Source: Armatimonadota bacterium (GTDB lineage Bacteria; Armatimonadota; UBA5829; DSUL01). From it: DNA of 64,000 bases. The DNA is taken from positions 32,001-96,000 of the forward strand of contig JBDHZC010000006.1 of assembly GCA_039811685.1 (NCBI GenBank), given 5' to 3'. Below are positions 59,940 to 64,000 of this stretch, piece after piece. Under the pieces are notes generated by a model. It had not been told where the DNA came from and made no database searches. It saw only the letters and a list, made by a program, of their open reading frames with translations. Each line of letters starts with the position of its first letter. Position 1 is the first letter of the stretch. The translations under genes were made by a program, and so were the position numbers.

Positions 59940-62104
59940 GATCTGCTTTTCTTGCTGCGCTGCCAGTCGGCTTCGCGGCGCTTTTGTGCGCCGGGTCCCT
60001 CGGAGCCCGCACACTGACAGTCACACCTTCAGACAATCTCCAGGCTGCGCTGGCCATGTCTCGCGCAGGCGATACGGTGCGGGTTGTCGGCGGTCACCAC
60101 CAGGGCCACTTCAAGGTTTCTGTACCAATGACGCTGGCGGGTGAGAACAGCCCGATTCTGGACGGTGGTGGTCATGGCACGGTGCTTGCTATAGATGCGC
60201 CCGATGTCACCGTGCGCGGATTCCATCTTCGCGGAAGCGGCGACTCCCTGGATATGGAAAACTCCGGCATTGTCGTTCTGGCGCCGCGAGCCCGAGTTGA
60301 GAACAACACAATTTCTGATGCGCTCTTTGGCATCTTTCTGCGAAAGGCCGACGATTCAGTTCTCAGGAGTAATCAAATTACCGGCAAGGACCTGGATGTG
60401 CCACGCCGGGGAGACCTGATCCGCATCTGGTACAGCAATGGTGTGACAGTTGAGGATAACACCCTGAGCCAGGGGCGCGATGCGGTCCTCTGGTACTCAC
60501 AAGGCTTGAAGATTCGGCGCAACCGCGCCCTCAACAGCCGCTACGGGCTTCACTTTATGTACTGCGACGACGCAGACATCGAGGGCAACACTCTATCCAA
60601 CAACTCGGTCGGCATCTTTTTGATGTACAGCAGGAGACTGCGGCTGGTCGGCAACACGATCGCGAGCAACCGGGGTCCAAGCGGCTACGGTGTGGGTCTG
60701 AAAGATATGGACGATGCGTTGATTGAGAACAACGCACTCGTGGACAACCGCATCGGCATCCACACGGACAGTTCTCCAAGAGAGATTGACAGCATTCAGA
60801 CAATAGCGCGAAACCTTATCGCCTACAACGATGTTGGCATCAGCATCCTCCCAGATACGCAGCGCAACTACATAACCACAAACAGCTTCCTGGAGAACGG
60901 GGAGCAGGTGCAGGTGGCGGGATCCGGCCAGTTGCAGGGCAACATTTGGGCAGAGCGCGGCCGGGGAAACTACTGGAGCGACTACGCAGGTTACGACAGG
61001 AGCGGGCGAGGTGTGGGGGAGGTACCCTACCGATCGGAAAGTCTCTTCGAGAATCTCACACAACGAGCGGAGGTCTTGAAGGTGCTGGCTGGCAGCCCGT
61101 TCCAGGTAGCGCTGGACTTCGCGGCTCGCGCGTTTCCTGTGTTCAGACCTGCTCCGAAACTGACCGATCCCAATCCGCTTATGACGCCTGTGCTGCCGCA
61201 AGGCGTCCCGGCACTCCCGCGTAAACAGGGACGAGGCCTGGCTGGCACAGCAACTGGTCTGATGCTTGCGCTAGTTGCGATCGCTGGCCTGCCGCGTGCG
61301 CAGAAGGACCCTCGGCGTCCGAGACGTCTGCGCACACCGACCGCTGATCCACTCATCGAAGTGGAAGCTCTCACAAAAAGATTCGGCGCAATCGAAGCGG
61401 TCAAGGGCGTCTCCTTTGCGGTAAGACAGGGAGATGTCGTAGCTCTGTGGGGCCCAAACGGAGCTGGAAAGACCACCGTACTTCGATGTCTTCTGGGTCT
61501 GTTTCCTTTCAGTGGCCAGGTCAGGGTGGTCGGCGTAGATATGCGATCCAGAGGGCGTCTGGCGCGCAGGTTTATCGGATTTGTTCCGCAAGAGCTCAGC
61601 TTTCACGACAGACTCTCGACGGCGGAGACACTTGAGATGTACGCTCGTCTGAAGCACGCGCCGCTTGCCCGGGTTAAAGAGTTGCTTGAAACTCTCGGAC
61701 TGATGGAGCATCATCGCAAGAGCGTGCGCGCGCTGTCTGGAGGACTGAAGCAGCGGCTGGCTCTGGCGTGCGCACTGCTGTCGGACCCGCCCATTCTGCT
61801 GCTGGATGAGCCGACCTCCAATCTGGATCAGGCCGCCAGAGACGATTTTTTGAGTTTGTTGTCCGATCTGAGCCGCGCCGGCAAGACTCTGGTATTCACG
61901 TCACACAGACCCGAAGAGGTCGAGTCGCTTGCGACACGCATTATCCTGATGGAAAATGGCAAGATTGTCCGGGATACCCAGATCAAAGGAACTCCCTCTG
62001 AGGCGGTCACGGATGCGGATGCTCATTCTGAGTTGAAAGACGCCACAGATATTCTTGCGTCCGCGAACCCGAACGAGTGCGGCCTTGCTCTGGAGGGACA
62101 TTAG
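59936..62104 (+). CDS. nosD: NosD-NosF fusion: periplasmic NosD beta-helix, TM helix, ABC ATPase
   Basis: RGD.IR.W, RYGLHFMY, GNYWSDYAGYD, D..PLM; then a hydrophobic helix; then GPNGAGKT, LSGGLKQR, LLLDEPT, SH in one reading frame. Confidence 0.9.
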   Translation: MRSAFLAALPVGFAALLCAGSLGARTLTVTPSDNLQAALAMSRAGDTVRVVGGHHQGHFKVSVPMTLAGENSPILDGGGHGTVLAIDAPDVTVRGFHLRGSGDSLDMENSGIVVLAPRARVENNTISDALFGIFLRKADDSVLRSNQITGKDLDVPRRGDLIRIWYSNGVTVEDNTLSQGRDAVLWYSQGLKIRRNRALNSRYGLHFMYCDDADIEGNTLSNNSVGIFLMYSRRLRLVGNTIASNRGPSGYGVGLKDMDDALIENNALVDNRIGIHTDSSPREIDSIQTIARNLIAYNDVGISILPDTQRNYITTNSFLENGEQVQVAGSGQLQGNIWAERGRGNYWSDYAGYDRSGRGVGEVPYRSESLFENLTQRAEVLKVLAGSPFQVALDFAARAFPVFRPAPKLTDPNPLMTPVLPQGVPALPRKQGRGLAGTATGLMLALVAIAGLPRAQKDPRRPRRLRTPTADPLIEVEALTKRFGAIEAVKGVSFAVRQGDVVALWGPNGAGKTTVLRCLLGLFPFSGQVRVVGVDMRSRGRLARRFIGFVPQELSFHDRLSTAETLEMYARLKHAPLARVKELLETLGLMEHHRKSVRALSGGLKQRLALACALLSDPPILLLDEPTSNLDQAARDDFLSLLSDLSRAGKTLVFTSHRPEEVESLATRIILMENGKIVRDTQIKGTPSEAVTDADAHSELKDATDILASANPNECGLALEGH

Positions 62105-62934
62105 TGGATCCAAGCGTCGTCCTCGTACTGGCTCAGAAAGAGCTCAAAGACTCCTTCCGCAGCCGCTGGTTTGTCGTTTTTGCAGGAGTGTTTGCAGGGC
62201 TGGCGCTGGCGCTTGTGGCGTTCAGCATGTCAGGAGCGGCCAGCTACGGAATCTCCGGATTTGGCCGCACGGGGGCTTCGCTGGTCAACCTGGTGCTTCT
62301 GATTGCGCCATTGATGGGGTTGACTCTGGGGGCGCTGGGGCTGGCTGGAGAACAGGAGAGAGGTACGCTGGCGTATCTGTTAGCGCAGCCACTCGGAATG
62401 CTGGAGTTGCTGGTCGGCAAGTATTTGGGCATGGCGCTGGCGATTCTTGGCGCGTTGTCGGCGGGCTTTGGCGTCAGCGCGGTGGTCATTCTCGCCCAGG
62501 GCGGATATGCGGATGGCGGCGACTTTCTGGCTCTGATGATACTCTCGTATCTGCTGGCGCTCGTCAGCCTGAGCCTCGGATTCCTGCTGGCCAGCCTTGT
62601 GCGAAGCAGCGTGACGGCGCTTGGCGCGGCGTTATTTGTCTGGCTGATGCTGGTATTTGTGGGGGATCTTGGCCTTATGGGCACGGCATTGGTGCTGCGG
62701 TTTAAGATAGATACTCTTTTTGTTGCGGCGCTGGTCAATCCGCTGCAGGTTTTCAAGATGGCGTCAGTGATCCGGCTTGGCACTCAGCCGGAAGTTCTGG
62801 GTCCGGTTGGCGTCTATGCGTCGCGCACGTACGGGTCGCATTTGATGGCGCTTCTGGTAAGTATTCTGCTGGTCTGGATTGCGGCGCCACTGGCCGGGTC
62901 GGTGGCCTTGTTCAGCAGACGAGGCGCCGCGTGA
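62104..62934 (+). CDS. nosY: ABC transporter permease NosY
   Basis: KELKD..RSRW, GEQERGTL..LLAQP, GKYLG, NPLQVF; multiple TM segments. Confidence 0.9.
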   Translation: MDPSVVLVLAQKELKDSFRSRWFVVFAGVFAGLALALVAFSMSGAASYGISGFGRTGASLVNLVLLIAPLMGLTLGALGLAGEQERGTLAYLLAQPLGMLELLVGKYLGMALAILGALSAGFGVSAVVILAQGGYADGGDFLALMILSYLLALVSLSLGFLLASLVRSSVTALGAALFVWLMLVFVGDLGLMGTALVLRFKIDTLFVAALVNPLQVFKMASVIRLGTQPEVLGPVGVYASRTYGSHLMALLVSILLVWIAAPLAGSVALFSRRGAA

Positions 62935-63395
62935 AGGCACGTTGGCTGGTGCTGCTTGCTCTGACGACGGCATTTCTCAACGCTGGATGCGCCCGCCAGG
63001 ACCCAACAGCCACACCGCCACAGGTGCGCTACGGACAGGACCCCTGCACCGAGTGTTCGATGATTATCAACGAGTCCAGATACGCTTCTGCGCTGGTGAC
63101 GGCAGATGGGCAAACGCTACTGTTCGACGATCTGGGAGAGCTTGGAGCTCACGCGAGAAAACTCGACAAACCACCGCTCATGGTGTGGGTGCGCGATTAT
63201 AGCCGTCCAAAAGAGGAAGCATGGCTGAAGGGCTCGCAAGCAGTGTTCGTTCAGAGTCCACAATTGAAAACCCCCATGGGATACGGATTTGTGGCTGTCG
63301 CTTCAGAAAGCGAGGCGAAAAATCTGGCCGTCGAGACGAAAGGGCGCGTTCTACGTTTGAAGGAGATCCTTTCTGCGGAAGAACAACTGCGCTGA
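62931..63395 (+). CDS. nosL: Copper chaperone lipoprotein NosL
   Basis: Lipobox LNAGC, CTECSMII, FDD.G, TPMG. Confidence 0.9.
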   Translation: MKARWLVLLALTTAFLNAGCARQDPTATPPQVRYGQDPCTECSMIINESRYASALVTADGQTLLFDDLGELGAHARKLDKPPLMVWVRDYSRPKEEAWLKGSQAVFVQSPQLKTPMGYGFVAVASESEAKNLAVETKGRVLRLKEILSAEEQLR

Positions 63396-63448
63396 GACAG
63401 AATTTTCCAGACATGGTATCTTGTCTGGAATCTTGTAAGGAGGAATGA

Positions 63449-63946
63449 GTGAAACTGAGTAACCCAAAGTGGGTAATGTTTGCGGCGCCAACAGTCTTGG
63501 CGATGGCATTGGTAGCGGGCTGCGGTGGCCCGAGCACGGAAAGCTCGCAGAGTGGGTCTTCGTCGTCTGGCTCTTCAACCAGCGCGCCAGAAACAACGGC
63601 TCCGTCGTCCACAGCTTCAACGCCTGCGGGTTCGACGACCACGGCTTCCAGCTCTTCAGCCAGTGATGAAGCCAAAGGCAAGGAGCTGTTCGGAAAGACA
63701 TGTGCGACGTGTCACGGCCCGAAGGGCGAAGGCATGCCGGGTCTGGGCAAGGACCTTATTACGAGCAAGTTCGTGAAGTCGGAGACAACCGACAAGCTGG
63801 TCGCTTTCTTGAAGGTGGGGCGCCCTGCGACGGACCCGCTTAACACGACCAAAGTTGATATGCCGCCAAGAGGCGGCAACCCGGCTCTCACAGACGATGA
63901 TCTGAAAGACATCGCTGAATACGTCAGACAGATGAATAAGGGCTAG
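63449..63946 (+). CDS. Monoheme cytochrome c lipoprotein with Ser/Thr-rich tether
   Basis: Lipobox LVAGC, long S/T linker, CATCH, distal MPP. Confidence 0.9.
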   Translation: MKLSNPKWVMFAAPTVLAMALVAGCGGPSTESSQSGSSSSGSSTSAPETTAPSSTASTPAGSTTTASSSSASDEAKGKELFGKTCATCHGPKGEGMPGLGKDLITSKFVKSETTDKLVAFLKVGRPATDPLNTTKVDMPPRGGNPALTDDDLKDIAEYVRQMNKG

Positions 63947-64000
63947 AGCCTCTTACAAGGGAAAACGAGCCATTTGCGGCTGGTCGCACTTGCGGCCAGC

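Noticed and set aside
1..64000. tRNA, rRNA, transposase, integrase, prophage or defence genes
   Set aside because: None recognised by eye; a tRNAscan/Infernal run would be needed to exclude small RNAs formally.

Overview
Gene-dense, GC-rich bacterial chromosome segment. I saw no rRNA, tRNA, CRISPR array, phage or IS element. PEP-CTERM proteins, outer-membrane barrel candidates and the pilin style suggest a diderm organism, possibly Armatimonadota (inference only). Left to right: (1) a minus-strand type IV pilus operon (pilB-pilT-pilC-pilD, a pilin, three unusually large PilV/W/X-like minor pilins and a secreted ORF running off the left edge) behind aroE; (2) a dCMP deaminase, a small H-NS-like/AT-hook protein, and yitJ-metH-FNR-like methionine genes; (3) housekeeping genes (mqnD, trxB, nrnA, ECF sigma, def, site-2 protease, DUF815, MBL hydrolase, ASCH, DUF488, DUF1054, nadA); (4) a 36.5-49.5 kb block of exported proteins in which one uncharacterised ~200-aa domain recurs in three proteins with otherwise different domains (S8 protease, GH-A glycosidase, and one of two tandem paralogs whose twin ends in PEP-CTERM instead), plus a large OM beta-barrel candidate and an internally deleted GltD-like Fe-S flavoprotein; (5) AKR, gdhA and a sugar-catabolic module; (6) a clade II nitrous oxide reductase cluster nosZ-nosB-nosD/F(fused)-nosY-nosL-cytochrome c, preceded by a Rex-like operator. 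The best novelty candidates are the recurrent domain (possible new surface-display/sorting module) and the NosD-TM-NosF fusion. All family calls are from motif recognition by eye; no database search was run.
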